DNA of 64,000 bases from the human T2T-CHM13v2.0 reference genome, Homo sapiens. The notes under the pieces are model-generated. The model searched no databases, was not told where the DNA came from, and saw nothing but the letters and a program-made list of their open reading frames with translations. The stretch lies in the NCBI RefSeq assembly GCF_009914755.1, contig NC_060934.1. One strand, given 5' to 3'. A program made the translations under genes and the position numbers. This document shows, one piece after another, positions 16,920 through 33,140 of the stretch (position 1 is the first letter of the stretch; each line of letters starts with the position of its first letter).

Positions 16920-17226
<307 letters not shown>

Positions 17227-17754
17227 TCAATCACTAAACGATGCCTCACTTATAAATTTATTTCTATATTGTTTATGCTAATGGTCGTCAACAGTCTCTG
17301 TACACAATTGACAACGTCTCACTCACATGTCAAGAAAGTCAGCAATAGGACCATTATCTCAAGGGCCACAGTCACTTAGAAAAGAAAAATTCTGCCTCTG
17401 AAGATATTTGCCACTGGTTTAAAATCAACTAACTTATGTTCATTCACTCCTATACAGGTCTGCAGGCTGAGATTTGAAAGGTGGGAAGGAATGTTTTTAT
17501 CCTGATTATAGGAAGATGGGAAGGAGTATATAGTCCAAGTCACTTACAAACAGAAGTTGAAAATAACATTGAGCAGCTAGAGTGGAACCAGTCTGTACCG
17601 CCATAGCTATTCTGCTGCTTCTCCTCTCTCTGCCTTCACGGTGCCGGGCTGGCCTCTGCTCTCACTGCTGTTTCCTTGACAACCAAGACAAGATGTCTTC
17701 TTTTGCAAAGCAAATTATTTCTACTCTTGAATTAGAAGACAATTTAAGTTCTGG

Positions 17755-18075
<321 letters not shown>

Positions 18076-18270
18076 TTAAGTTGTATGTAATTGGAGGGAA
18101 GATATCTACACATCTGCAAGAATTGTGCTTACTTCTTATGAAGAATGGAGAACTAGGTATTAGGAAAGTAACACAGTATGCTCATGACAGATCAGTAATT
18201 ACAAATAGTAAAATGCTTTAAATTTTCAAGTCAAAACAGATTTGTGATTAATAAAATTAATCTACCCAGC

Positions 18271-18601
18271 TGCTGTGGTCTAAAGGTTTGTTTACGCCAA
18301 AATGCATATGTGAAAATCCTAACGTCCAAGGTGATGGTATTAGGAGTATGGTTTTTGGGGGGTGATTAGGCCATTACTGCTCTTATAAAGCAGCCAAAGG
18401 AGCTCATTCACCCTTCTGCCATGTGAGGTTATAGTGAGAAGATAGCTGTCTATGAGGACACAGGCCTTCACGAGACATGGAATCTGCTAGTGCCCTGATC
18501 TTGGACTTCCCAGGCTCCAGAACTGCGATCAATAAATTTCTGTTGTGTATAAGCCACATAGTCTATGGCATTTTTTGTGTAGCAGTCCAAATTGATGAAG
18601 A
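18271..18601 (+). mobile_element. MLT1A-family solo LTR
   Basis: tgctgtggtctaaaggtttg..gtgatggtattaggag..gatcttggacttcccaggctccagaactg..aataaatttctgttg. Confidence 0.88.
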
Positions 18602-20409
18602 GGAAAACCAATAACATTCTTTTTAATTATCAGAGAATTTTTTTCTCATACACTAATTTGCCCATGACATTCATTAGAGGAGATTATTTTAGCAAGTGTA
18701 GTACCCATGAGGTCAATAATATTGGCTTCTTGTCATTTATATTTATTTTTCTTCATCTGTTCCTAAAAGTAATTCAAAGAATTTTTTTAAGGCACAGAAA
18801 AATACAGTAAAAAAAATTTAAAAAGTAAGGAACCTTGTAGAAAATAGTAGAAAATGTTTCCATCAACCTGAAGTAAGCTGGCTATTGACTGTATATTTTA
18901 ATTCTGAAGTTTCTGGTAGCAACTGCAAAAATAGGAAACATAATAGGCTCTGTCATTTTATTGTCCAATAAAACATAGCTTTGGGAGAATAAATCCTTTT
19001 CCAGTCATAAATTATGGGTACTCATCACTTGGATCCTTTTATGAGGGGCAGTAACAAACATGATTAACATTGATTTTGCAAACATATGGTCTAAGGGACT
19101 GCTTTTATTTTGACCGCTATCAACCCCTTATTTAAGAAAGTGCTTCTCTTTCAGCTCCAAACAAGAGCTTCCAATGAAAGTTACTGTGTTCTTACTTGAT
19201 CATCTCAAGACATTGGTCTAAGAGAAAGAACCTAATCAAACTTATTTTGGGTTTTTTAATTTAGGAAATCTACTTGGTGGTTCAAGCCATAAAATATGAA
19301 ATTGAAAACAATTAAAGTTTACATTTTCCATTATGAAGGAACTGAGTGTGATGAAAATGGAGTTGGCATGCTGAGAGAAGTCAATCAAAAAGAGAGAGGG
19401 ACAGAGAATCTTGTCCCATTTTGCCTGCTCATGTGGTTCAACCCTTCCTATGGACTCTGCAGACTAGTAAGTTATCTCTTTAGTCTAAAGTAGACTCATT
19501 TGAAGATCTTTTATTTACAACTAAAAGGTTGTTGGCTAATACATGTGCAAAGAATAACTTATATGTCTGTAAATTCTAATGGGTGCTTTAATTTAGAGTT
19601 TGTTTCTACTTTACATAAAAAAATCACACACTTCATTCTTAGTTTTGGTTACACTTCTTTGAAAAATTGCACTGATTGGAATGGAAATTGGGCATGAGAA
19701 AGTATAAACAAACTGAACAGAAAGGCCACTGTCAAACTACACGTCTTAGTTCTCGACAGTGAATAATGTTGACCAGGAAGCAGTTAACATATCATGACTC
19801 TGCAATCAGTCACTGATCCTTGGTGCCATATTTGTTTTTCCTATGAGGATTATTATAGCGCTTTGAGTATGGTAAGCCTTAACTAAATACTTTCTGAGCA
19901 AACACAAAGTGAAGCAGGCACTGAGTTTTCTTACATTCAAAGCCATGAAATTAGCATTGTCAGCATGCACTTCAGGTTGGATGTAATAACCATGCTTCAT
20001 GTTCATCTTGCATTGCATCATGTAAAACTGCAATCTTCTCATGATATACAATTACATCCCACCATATCTCTCTGATTTCTATTAGAACAGACACAAATTC
20101 TGTTCATGCTACTTTCATTATGTTTTAGTCTGAGTGACATCATAATTTACATGTACAATTCACTGAGAGCTTCTCTTGTCAAGAATACTCACCAATACTC
20201 ATTTCCAGTCTATGTTGACTTTCACTGTTATTCTCTCCGCCCCAGACCAGTACAAGCCACTTTTGTGTTGTGTATGACATTGGATGTGCTTATTTTACTT
20301 ATCCAGCATAAAATCGTATCACTTAGAAAGAAAATTTTTTGAGAATCCAAAAAAGAGATATATTACTTTCAGTTAGATTAACTTTATAAGCAAAATAGTT
20401 TTTCTTTAG

Positions 20410-20722
<313 letters not shown>

Positions 20723-21016
20723 TCTTTAGTTTCTTTTAGCACTTCTAGGTCAAAATAAGAAATAGGAGGTGTGACCATTTTTATCAATTGTAAAAATGGA
20801 AGCCCCTGTTGTGTTAGACTCTTAATTCTTTCCTTCTGTTATGTGAGTTGTTTTGTTGATAGCTTAAAGTCCCAGATCATTTCCTGCCTGTGATTTCTGC
20901 GCATGGTGATGTGGCATTCTCCCTAAGGGATAAAGCATTGCCATCAATGGAAGGTTTCTTAGAAGAGACAAAGAAAAGAAAAGCATGTGTAAGACATGGA
21001 GAGTCCCTGAATGTTA

Positions 21017-21762
21017 TGAACCTTTAAGAGCCAATCCCTCAAGATAAAGCTCAAATGGCTAACTGGGTCTAAATTTAAAAAGGAGCCAAAATGGGCCGGG
21101 TGTGGTGGCTCACGCCTGTAAGCCCAGCACTTTGGGAGTCCGAGTGGGGCGGATCACGAGGTCAGGAGATCCAGACCATACTGGCTAACACGGTGAAGCC
21201 CCGTCTCAACCAAAAATAGAAAAAGTTAGCCGGGCGTAGTGACAGGCGCCTGTAGTCCCAGCTACTCCGGAGGATGAGGCAGGAGAATGGCGTGAACCCG
21301 GGAGGCGGAGCTTGCAGTCAGCTGAGATCAAGCGCCACTGCAATCTAGCCTGGGCGACAGAGCGAGGCTCCGTCTAAAAAAAAAAAAAAAAAAACAAAGG
21401 AGCCCAAATGACCATTTGCTGATTAGAGGTCACATCTTCCTCTGAGTTTCTGGAAAATACACACATCTGCTTAACTTTAGCAATTTCATAGCTGACTGTA
21501 CATGTTCGTAACATCTGAAATAACCAATAGACTGTGGCTTGCACCCACCCATTAGAAGTAAGCAAATGTTAATCCTTTATTTACATGGGAGGACCTGACT
21601 GGCAACCTGGGCAAGAACATTCTCTATAAAAGCTAGACCCCTCATTTGTTCTCTGGAACATACCTTCGTTTTACAGAAAAGGCTATATCTCCTCAATTTG
21701 CAAACTGTTCACTGGAATAGTCTCTTTCCTCCAAATCCCTCTTTAGAGAACGTCTCTTCACA
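21017..21762 (+). mobile_element. ERV1 solo LTR, MER67/MER31-like, split by AluY
   Basis: aagagccaatccctcaagat..ggctaactgggtctaaatttaaaa..ccatttgctgattagaggtcaca; ctataaaa box; TG...CA ends. Confidence 0.7.
21094..21395 (+). mobile_element. AluY inside the LTR
   Basis: ctggctaacacggtg and gaatggcgtgaacccgggaggcggagcttg; TSD aaaggagcc(a/c)aaatg. Confidence 0.97.
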
Positions 21763-22326
21763 ATGTGTTAGCACATTCACATACTGTTTCTGTATTTATA
21801 TGAGAGCTTTGGATTCTTTACCTAAGTTTTTTGCTCTTGAAATCTTTTCCATGCTTTTCTTTGAAATTCCCTTCTTTAACTGGCATTTTTATTTGCATTG
21901 CTTCTTTTTGAATGTTTGAAGTATTTCTACAAACTTGGAATGTTTTTACAAGACTACTTCAGATCCACCTAGACGAAAAACTAAAATTTCTATTAGCTTT
22001 GAACTTGCAATATTTTAACACATTTTTTCTCTTATTTCCAACTTTTGAATGATCTAAATTTTCACATGTATAAATTCTGTTTTTTAAAAAAGCTTTCTTT
22101 CAGAACAATCTATAAAACAAGATGTGTTGTTTTATTCTCAAATGGAATACAATATTAGTATTAAAGGAGACTATAAAAATATAGAGTGGAGAGCTTTCTG
22201 AATAATTGTGATACAAGGTTGACAGAAATGATTTCTGTTTAAAAAGAACAAGATTGTGTCTCTATGTAAAATGGAGTCTGATTTTATATATATATATATA
22301 TTCCTATGTAAAGTGGAATCTGATTA

Positions 22327-22864
<538 letters not shown>

Positions 22865-23137
22865 TTTTTTTTGAGACAAAGTCTCATTCTGTTGCCCAGG
22901 CTGGAGTGCAATGGCACAATCTCGGCTCACTGGAACCTCTGACTCCTGAGTTCAATTGATTCTCCCACCTCAGCCTCCTGAATAGCTGGGACTACAGGTG
23001 CATGCCACCACGCCTGGTTAATTTATTATATTTTTAGTAGAAATGGGGTTTCACCATGTTGGCCAGGCTGGTCTCAAACTCCTGACCTCAAGTGATCTGC
23101 CTGCCTCAGCTTCCCAAAGTGCTGGGATTACAGGCGT
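22865..23137 (-). mobile_element. AluS (Sx/Sz-like) lacking its first ~16 nt (right arm of palindrome)
   Basis: ttgagacaaagtctcattctg..ctgacctcaagtgatc..gattacaggcgt. Confidence 0.95.
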
Positions 23138-25063
23138 CCGATTTGATATTAAAGGAAGATGGTGGACAGTGTGCTTGAAGGTATTAGTGGGAAATGGCTA
23201 TTAAAGTGCATGCTAGAAAGTGTACTTAATGCACCATGCTAATATCTTGTAAATGTTGAGTGCTTTAAAAAAGCATAAACCTCTAGCAGTTTCCATGTAA
23301 GCCCTGCTCGTTCACTCTTTTCTCCTTTGGAGGACTTTCTCCTTTGACATTTCCTTCTTCTATTCCCTTGGACAATACTTCTGAAGCATGACGCTAGAGT
23401 GGAAAGAACATCTGGGTGAAAGTCTGCAGTTGTGATTGTAGTGTTGAGTCTGTTACACCTGTCTGTGCAACCCATGTCATTTAACCTTTGTTGACTCCCT
23501 TAAATAAGGGGAATGACACATGTGATCTCCTAACCCTTTATGTATTCATTAATGATAAGTACCATTCACTGGGTATATACTAATGATCAACACAGTCCCT
23601 GTCCCTGTCCCCATATAGAATACATTCATATCAGGAGATGGACATTTAAACAATAATTGCAGATTAAACAGTGTTAAAATTCAGAGAGCTATGATAACAT
23701 AATGATGCCACCTCTACACCAGGGAATCAGATAAGTTTTTCCCAGAGAAACATTTTATACCAAAAATAAAAAATTTAGTTTGGAGGTAAATGCCTAGGGA
23801 TGAGGTACAGAGGTAAAGTGGGAGATGCAGAAATATGTATTTTTTCTGTAGAGTGAATAACATGTGGGGGTCACAGGCAGGAAGAAACAGACTACTCTTC
23901 AGAAATTATAGACCTCTCGACTTCTCAATTCTGTTCTGTCTCAATGATCCAGCTTCAGTTCCATATTATTTTTTCGAAACTTACCTTTAAAATTTCTTGC
24001 CTACCTTGACCATTTTTCTTCTTAAGTTTCCATTGACATGTATCATGTGAATCGTTGAATTTTAGCATTTGGTTATTTTTGCTTTGCCTCATCAAACATT
24101 TTCACATGTGTGTGTCCTGCATCCCTACATACTTTCAAGTTCAAAATGGATAGGACTGTGCTTTGCACTGCTTTGGTTTGCACCGTGATGTCTGTGACAG
24201 TGCTGGGCACTGAGCAGCCGCTAAAAATCATTCTTGTTGAATTTATTATTTCCTTTTACCTTAATGCAGACTTCCTGTCACAGCATTAGGGCCAAGAATA
24301 ATTTACGGGTTGAAATGTTGATACAAGAAGCAATAGTAAATGTCTTATCAAATTGTTGGACCCTGTCATTCTTCATCTGGATTTAGAAAATAAAAAGATC
24401 CCTGATGATACCCCCAATTTCCTCTGGCAGTGTTTCTAAAGGAACTATCCTATGAGACTTCAGCATTCTGACTCATGACATTAATATCCTGAGCTCCTCA
24501 AGAAAATTAAGCATCACAGACCACAGGAAGATTCTGCTAAAATTGCCAAAAATAACAATACTTTTAGTTAGTACTCTTTTTCCAAGGTATTCAGCATCCA
24601 ACGTGTATAGCAACTGTGTCATGTTTAAATCGTTTTGCTACGCTAATTGAGATATGAAGAAACAAGGATAGAAACATACAAATCATTTCTTTAGGTCTGA
24701 AAAGAAAGCTATTAGCTAGCCAAAAGCACAGACATTCCAAAATTCATAGTGTCAAATTAGTTGTGTTATTTTCTTATTTTTGCTTCTGGTGGAGACATCC
24801 AAAACTGATGGCTTAGTGGGCAGCAGTAATGAATTTTAATCCCAGGTACATTGCCAGCTTTAGGTCTTGTGCAAATGCCTCTGTGAAGTATTTTTCTGTG
24901 CCTATATACAATGAGGATACTGACACATCTTTATCATAAAATAAAAATGTGGAGTAAAGATGTAGCTAATATTCTACAACATAAGCATTCTTCCAGTTAC
25001 TCATAAATCGATGCCCATTAATTGAATCATAGGGCAAGTACGTTTGTGAAGCTTACTAAATAA

Positions 25064-25376
<313 letters not shown>

Positions 25377-25876
25377 CATGGTATTATTTTTTATAGAGAA
25401 GGATTCATTCTCCCTAAACATTCCCCGCCTAGTCCTCTTTCTGTTGGGATTTTTCACATATCAAATTTGCAAAAATAAAACATGAAAGATGATTGTGAAA
25501 ACAGAATTAAGTCGTATGATATTTTATTTCATTATTCTAAAGGTAATTGTAATCTATAAATTAGATGTCCCTGAAGTATTCGCAAAACACTCTTAAAAGC
25601 TTTTTGGATAAATGTGACAAAAATTACTTAAGTCAGGTTCCACTGAGAAACTGAGAAAAAAAGGAGAAAAATATTCCTTGAGGATTCAGATGCCTGAGAA
25701 AGATTTAAGGAGTTTTTATACTTTGATAGAGCTTTTAAGAAATGTTTTATCTATTTTATCTTTGCTCTGGCCACATACCGATAGAACTTGCAAACTGTTT
25801 ACTTAGGAGTATGGATTTGTAATATTTTAACAGTAAAGTAGCACTCTGATTTCTAAATAGTTCCTGTGGTTACAAT

Positions 25877-26000
25877 GAAGAAGGAAGGAAGGAAGGAAGG
25901 AAGGAAGGCAGGCAGGAAGGAAGGAAAGGAAGGGAAGGATGGAGGGAGGGGAAGGAAGGAAGGGAAGGAGGGAGGGATGGAGAGAGGGAGGGAGGAGAAA
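25877..26000. repeat. (GGAA)n/(GGGA)n purine microsatellite
   Basis: Six consecutive GGAA units at 25883-25906, then degenerate GGCA/GGAA/GGGA. Confidence 0.93.
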
Positions 26001-26374
26001 GCCTTTCAGAGTAGTAGGAAGCTGTCAAAATCTACTTAATGGAATCATTTGTAGATGGAATCATTTGTAGAGAATGTTTTTCCTTCCCCTCCAAGAAAGT
26101 TTTTGTTCTTGCTGATGGCTTTTCTATCTAGAATCCACAGATCTTCCACAGATTAAAAAACTAAAGTATAGAAAAGTATTCTGTGCAGGTGGAAGATTTG
26201 AAATAATTTATTGATGCTAAAACAAGATGTTTATAATACTTTTCCTCACTCCACCTACTACTTTGAACTTGCTCAGTCGGTGCCATTCTATTTAGTAAGG
26301 CTTAGAGCAAGTCAAATCAAACTTTGATTTGAATTTCACAAAGATTTGAAATTCTCTCGCAGAGATTTGAATTT

Positions 26375-26422
26375 TTCTCTCTCTCTTCTGTCTCTCTCTC
26401 TTCTCTCTCTCTCTCTCTCTCT
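26375..26422. repeat. (CT)n microsatellite
   Basis: Direct observation. Confidence 0.9.
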
Positions 26423-26734
26423 GCCTTGCATTCTCTGAGAGAGAATACTTTTGAGTTAATCAGCTGGACTGTTTATGGGGGAGTAGTAGTTCCCTGTTTA
26501 CATTATTCAGTAATAACTAAAAGTAGATAATTGAAGTATGTTTTATTAAAATGTACTGATGGGAAAGAGTATTTTAGAGGGTCCAAAGTGGAAATAAACA
26601 TATATATTTACATAAATGATTTAGAAACATCAGGTTTTTAAAATGAATCTCCTCTCGTGGATTTGTAGATTAGAACTTGACTCACAGCTAAAAGCAGAAG
26701 CCATTTAAAAAAAAAGATAATTATTTCCTAAAGT

Positions 26735-27710
26735 AAACTTATTTCATGTAGTGCAAAACCTAATACAAGAAAGTGCATAATTACAAGTGTGTGGCTCAAA
26801 GAACTTTACAAAGTGATGCACCTGTGCAGGCAGCACAGATCAAGAAACAGCATTGAGCCTCCTCTCCCTCCTGCTCAGTCTTGGCCTCTCTCCAAAGCTA
26901 TATCCTGACTTCTAATTTGACTTCCAGGTGGGTTTTCCTTGTTTTTAAATTTCTCAAAAGTGGGATGATACAGTAGGTTCTCTTTTATGTCTGACTTTTT
27001 AAATTCAACATTTTTCTGCAAAATCCATCCACATTGTTGTGAGTAGCTATATTTCATTCATTTTCATGGCTGTATTGTATTCCATGTGAATAGAGATTGT
27101 TTATTCAGAGTCTTATTCACAGACAGGTAGTTTCTGGTTTGGGGTTGATACCAATTGTGCTACAATGATAATGTTTAACATATTTTTTCTGAAAACATAT
27201 ACACATTTCTCTGGGGATGTTCCTTAGAGTGGAATTCCTGGGTCATAGGGTGTGAGTAATAGATATTGCCAGTAGTTTTTCAAATTTACACAACTGCCAG
27301 TAGTGTCTGTGAGTTCCAGTTGCCAAGCCAATCCTTGTATTTTTTTTTTAATTGCTATTCTGATGAGTGTGTAGAAATGTCATATCTGAATTTGTATTTT
27401 TCTGGTGACTAAGGAAGGCAAGTATCTTTTCGTGTGGATGCTGGCTGTTTGACTATCCCATCTTATGCAGCATCTCTTCCAATATTCTGCCATATTTCCA
27501 TTTGACTGTCTATCTTTTTTTGAATCCTTCAGATATTCAGGATACACGTATAAAATATCTTCTTGTATTCTCTGGCTTTCATTTTTATTATACCAATAGT
27601 GCCTTTGGATTAACAGATTTTCTTACTTTAATGTATTCACAAGTATCAAATTTGTCCTGTTACAGTTAGGTGTTTTAATGTCCTGTTTAAGAACTATTTA
27701 ACTCTTCCAG
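26735..27710 (-). mobile_element. Old L1 (L1ME/L1MC-type) 3' end
   Basis: aagtgcataattacaagtgt..cagatcaagaaacagcatt..aaatccatccacattgtt..agagtggaattcctgggtcatagg..gtgagttccagttgcc. Confidence 0.8.
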
Positions 27711-28543
27711 GGAAAAATATTTATTTATTTATTTATTTATTTAATGATTAACTGTATGTCTCAAAATGCGGGAAAGAAAGGATGCCTAGAGAACTAGCAA
27801 CTATAGTACTCCACCCATGGAGTACTAAATTTTATGCAGTGTGCATAAAATTTAATTGGAGACAATGTACATTGAAAAGTCACATTTCTATAAAGCTGTA
27901 AATTAGACATAACATCTTCCAGGACTTAACCTACTCAGATGTTAGTAAGTTCAGTCTCAGCCATTTACATTTTTTTCTCATTCCCTGAATGGAAATGACT
28001 CAGATATGAATATGGATTTGGGTTTATGCAGTGCCAGAGGAAGAAAATAAAGACTGCTCCATGCCCTTTGTCGATATGGGCACTGGGACATCTTTTGCCT
28101 ATTCTGAAAGAGGCTGTGGTGGAGGCTAAGCCCAGGCATCCATCCTTGGGGGCTGCTGTCAGGAATGAGCCTCCCTTCTCCCCTCTTTAAGATGCATGCT
28201 ATCTTGCTCCTAGCCTCCTCCTCAAGCTGAACAAAGGCTAAAAATGCTTCAGACCTCATTTGTTACCACCTCTACCAGTCTTTCCTGTCTACATGCTTGG
28301 GGCTAAGGCAGCGACAGCTCCTTCAGTGAAGGTTAAGACACTGGTCAAAGAGAGTCTGACTTTTCCTCTATAGTGATGCGGGCAATGAAGATGGTAACAC
28401 AACTTAACCTTTTTCTTAATAGTATGCACCAGTATAAAAGATAATTTTAAATATGAAGATATTCTGAAATCACATTTAGGAATAACATTAATTATGGTAT
28501 TTAGATATTTACAAATATTCAGAATCTACAGTTTCCTTAATGA

Positions 28544-28878
<335 letters not shown>

Positions 28879-28883
28879 TATAG

Positions 28884-29181
<298 letters not shown>

Positions 29182-29194
29182 AGTATCTTTTTTT

Positions 29195-29495
29195 ACTTTT
29201 AATTTTTTTAAAAAAATTTAGCAAAGGGGTCTCACTCTGTCACCCAGGCTAGAGTGCACTGGCACTATCATAGCTCACTGCAGCCTTGAACTCCTGGGTT
29301 CAAGCAGCCCTCTCCCCTCAGCCTCCTTGGAAGCTGGGACAACAGCTGTATGCCACCAAGGCCGCCTTTTTTTTTTTTTTTTTTTTGACGCGGTCTGTGT
29401 TGCCAAGTTTTTCTCAAACTCCTGGCCCCAAGCAATTCTCCTGCCTCAGCCTCCCAGAGCACTGTGATTACAGGTATAAGGTACCATGCCTGACC
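29195..29495 (-). mobile_element. AluJ
   Basis: atcatagctcactgcagccttgaactcctggg and aaactcctggccccaagcaattctcc are J-type; diverged. Confidence 0.9.
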
Positions 29496-29633
29496 AAAAA
29501 ACAGTTTCTAATATCATCAAGCTAGTGATGGAGTTAAATACGTAAAATGTAAAATTTTAAATCAGATATTCCCCTCACCCCACCATGGATATCACCTTTG
29601 AGCAAAGAAAATTTACAAAAAAAAAAAAGTCTT

Positions 29634-29962
<329 letters not shown>

Positions 29963-30517
29963 TTAAATAGCTGTCAGGCAAATATTGCATTAGAAAATAT
30001 AGTAGTAATTTCATTTTTATATTTTTCCAAATAGAACTCCTGTAAGTATGTCTTCAATTAGAAATAGCTAGACATCCTCCAAATTTAGGATGGGATGAAG
30101 CAATGCCTGAGTGGCTCACTCTATATTGCGTGACCAGACTGAAGTTAAGGTCGTGAGTAATAGATCCCTGTGTTCTTCCTTAGGAGACAAAGTGCAGCTT
30201 GGGAAAAGCCTCTGATCTCCGCAGGTTAATCGCCTCCATCACTCTGTTCCTGAGAGACTCATGGCTGCAACTCTCTGGGTTCTTGCTTGAAAAATGCTGG
30301 GTTTCCCTTCTGTCCACCCATGACTCAAATCACTTTATCTCCCCTCCCTGACACCTCCTTCAATGATTAATTTTAGAAAATCTCATTAGCTTATTTTAAA
30401 CAAAATGCTATTTTTCTTGAAGATTTTGAACTTTTTGAACTTAACTTGATAAATTGAACTTAATTTTACAAAACATATAAATAGGACAGAAATGAATATT
30501 CAACAAATACGCAATGA

Positions 30518-30836
<319 letters not shown>

Positions 30837-31318
30837 GGTAATCCATTCTTTTAAAAAACAGCTTCCAGCATGAGAAGAGTAAAGCCAGGATATTTTTTAA
30901 CCTGTTTCTTTCCTTAATTCATTTGTTACTCTCAACAAACGGTGACGGGGTTTTTTGTTTGTTTGTTTTTCTTTTTTTTTTTCAATTACACTTAACCTTG
31001 TGTTTATTACTAAAGAATTCAAAATAAATATGCCACATACTTTGTTTGGATGGCTCCTAAACAATCACTGGCTTGCAGCTAACCCAAAAAAATGTGCCAT
31101 CGATTTTGGTGATTTGTTTGTACTTGATAAGTCATTTTTCTTCTCTTTCTGCAGATCCCAAGCCCATGACCTTTCTTTCTCCTTACCGCACTCCCTCATC
31201 ATGACAGACAGGGCAAATAGAACCCTGTGCTGGGAACAGAAAGAACACTGAGTGGTTTTAAAAGGTTATCTCCATCTCCCTCTGCATTTTAAACAACTTA
31301 ACATGAAATACTGGATTT

Positions 31319-31320
<2 letters not shown>

Positions 31321-31354
<34 letters not shown>

Positions 31355-31363
31355 ACACACACA
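31321..31363. repeat. (CA)n microsatellite
   Basis: About 21 units with one TA interruption. Confidence 0.95.
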
Positions 31364-32781
31364 GTTATCCTGATTAAAACAGGTAAAGAGCGTAGTGTGC
31401 ATTGTGATTATTTCCTCCAGTATTTCTCATAAGTACACGAATATGTCAATAGACTCTCATTGTTCTTGTATATACCAATTGTAAGATGACGTGTTACAAG
31501 GATTCCAAAAGATATAACTGTAACGGATTAGAATAAAATACCCTGGTGACCCAGTTCCCTCAAACTTCCAAAGCAGTAGAAAATCTAGGAAAAACTAGCT
31601 TTACCAAAAACAAATTAACTAAATCCTCATAGCAATGTCAGAATCAATCCAGTGGCACCCAAAAGCTGAAGATGACTAATTATGTTTTTTTTAATCCAGA
31701 TTACTCTATTTAGATGACAGAGTTGTATTTTACAAAGTCATTGTATATAATTATGTATTATAGTATATATTATATATTTATACATGTATATTTCCAAAAT
31801 TTTAGCTAAGTAGAGATTTTCTTTCATAATCTGTAAATAAAATAAAATCACATACTGTTACTAAAGAATGGAAAGCACTAGATTAAAGCATCAATATAAA
31901 GAACAGCCATTTTATATGACAAATATAATAAAATATTTTCTCCTTTAAGGTATCTTCAGCTAACCTAAAGGAAGGGTAAAATGTTGTTGTTAGATAATAG
32001 CAAAATGAGTAACAAATACAATAAGCCTTCACAATTTGGTTTTGGGTTATTTTTTCATAATCATTATTTGCATCCCTTTTTATCTAGCCTAGGGGATAGT
32101 CACACTGGCTTTCAGCTGGTAAGAATTTGCTCTTCTTTGTGTAGGAAAGTTTACTCTGCCAGAAATAATCTTTTTTCTGCCTTTTCCACGTGAAAATCTT
32201 TTATGTTCTTCAACATCAGAATTAGTCCTATCTAATACCAAAATGTTTGAATTTATAGAGAGGAGGAAACCCTTCCGTATGAAGTGCCTAGCACTCTGCA
32301 CTTTGCTTTTGGTTCAATTCTCATTCTACCTCTTGGCATGTGTGATCTGTTATAGCTTCAAGAGTACTTTTTTATTTTTTTCCTGAGTGATTGCTACTGA
32401 TGGACCATCACTAATTACAATGATTACAAAATTGTGATGTTTTTCTTCCATGCAAAATCTGTTTGGTTTTATCGAATCTGCTCACTCTCATGGGAGTATA
32501 TTGGGCATGTGCGTGGCATCTTTCCTGTTCATCGTGGGAGAAAATGATTAGAAGCAAGCCCTAGACACTATTCTCCCAGGCCCGGATGGACTGTCACTGC
32601 TGGCAGCTTGATGTGTCCCCAGGTTGAATTTTTAGGATCTCCTTCTTGCTCATTGGGGTGGCCATAATGCATTTCTAGCTCTCAGCCCCATTTGTGAAAA
32701 CATGTTTATTCCCCTCTAGTGGATTTTTTCAAGCATCAAGAGCTCTGTGGTTTAATTACTGGTCATATATTACTAAGACAG

Positions 32782-33140
32782 TGCTGTGGTCTGAATATAT
32801 TAATATGTACTCCCCACAAAATGCTTATGTTGAAATCTAATCACAAATGTCATGATATTAGGAGATGAGGCCTTTATGAGGTCATTTGGTCATGAGGGCA
32901 GATCCTTCATGAATGCAGTTGGCACTGCTGTAAACAAGGCCCCAGGAGCTGCCGCATCTCTTTACACCATTGGAGTATGCAGCTATGAACCAGAACGTGG
33001 CCCCTAACCAGACACCAAATCTGCCGGCACCTTGATCTTAGACTTTCAAGCCTCCAGAACTGTTCAGAAATACATTTCTGTTGTTTAGAAGCCACTCCGT
33101 TTACAGTATTTTGTTATGGCACCCTGAATAGTCCAAGATA
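32782..33140 (+). mobile_element. MLT1A-family solo LTR
   Basis: tgctgtggtctgaat..tatgttgaaatctaatc..ccagacaccaaatctgccggcaccttgatcttagactttc.agcctccagaactg. Confidence 0.88.

Noticed and set aside
26320-26375. Three spaced gatttgaa(a)tt copies as a CRISPR-like or regulatory array
   Set aside because: Too short and degenerate; eukaryotic context; consistent with local slippage.
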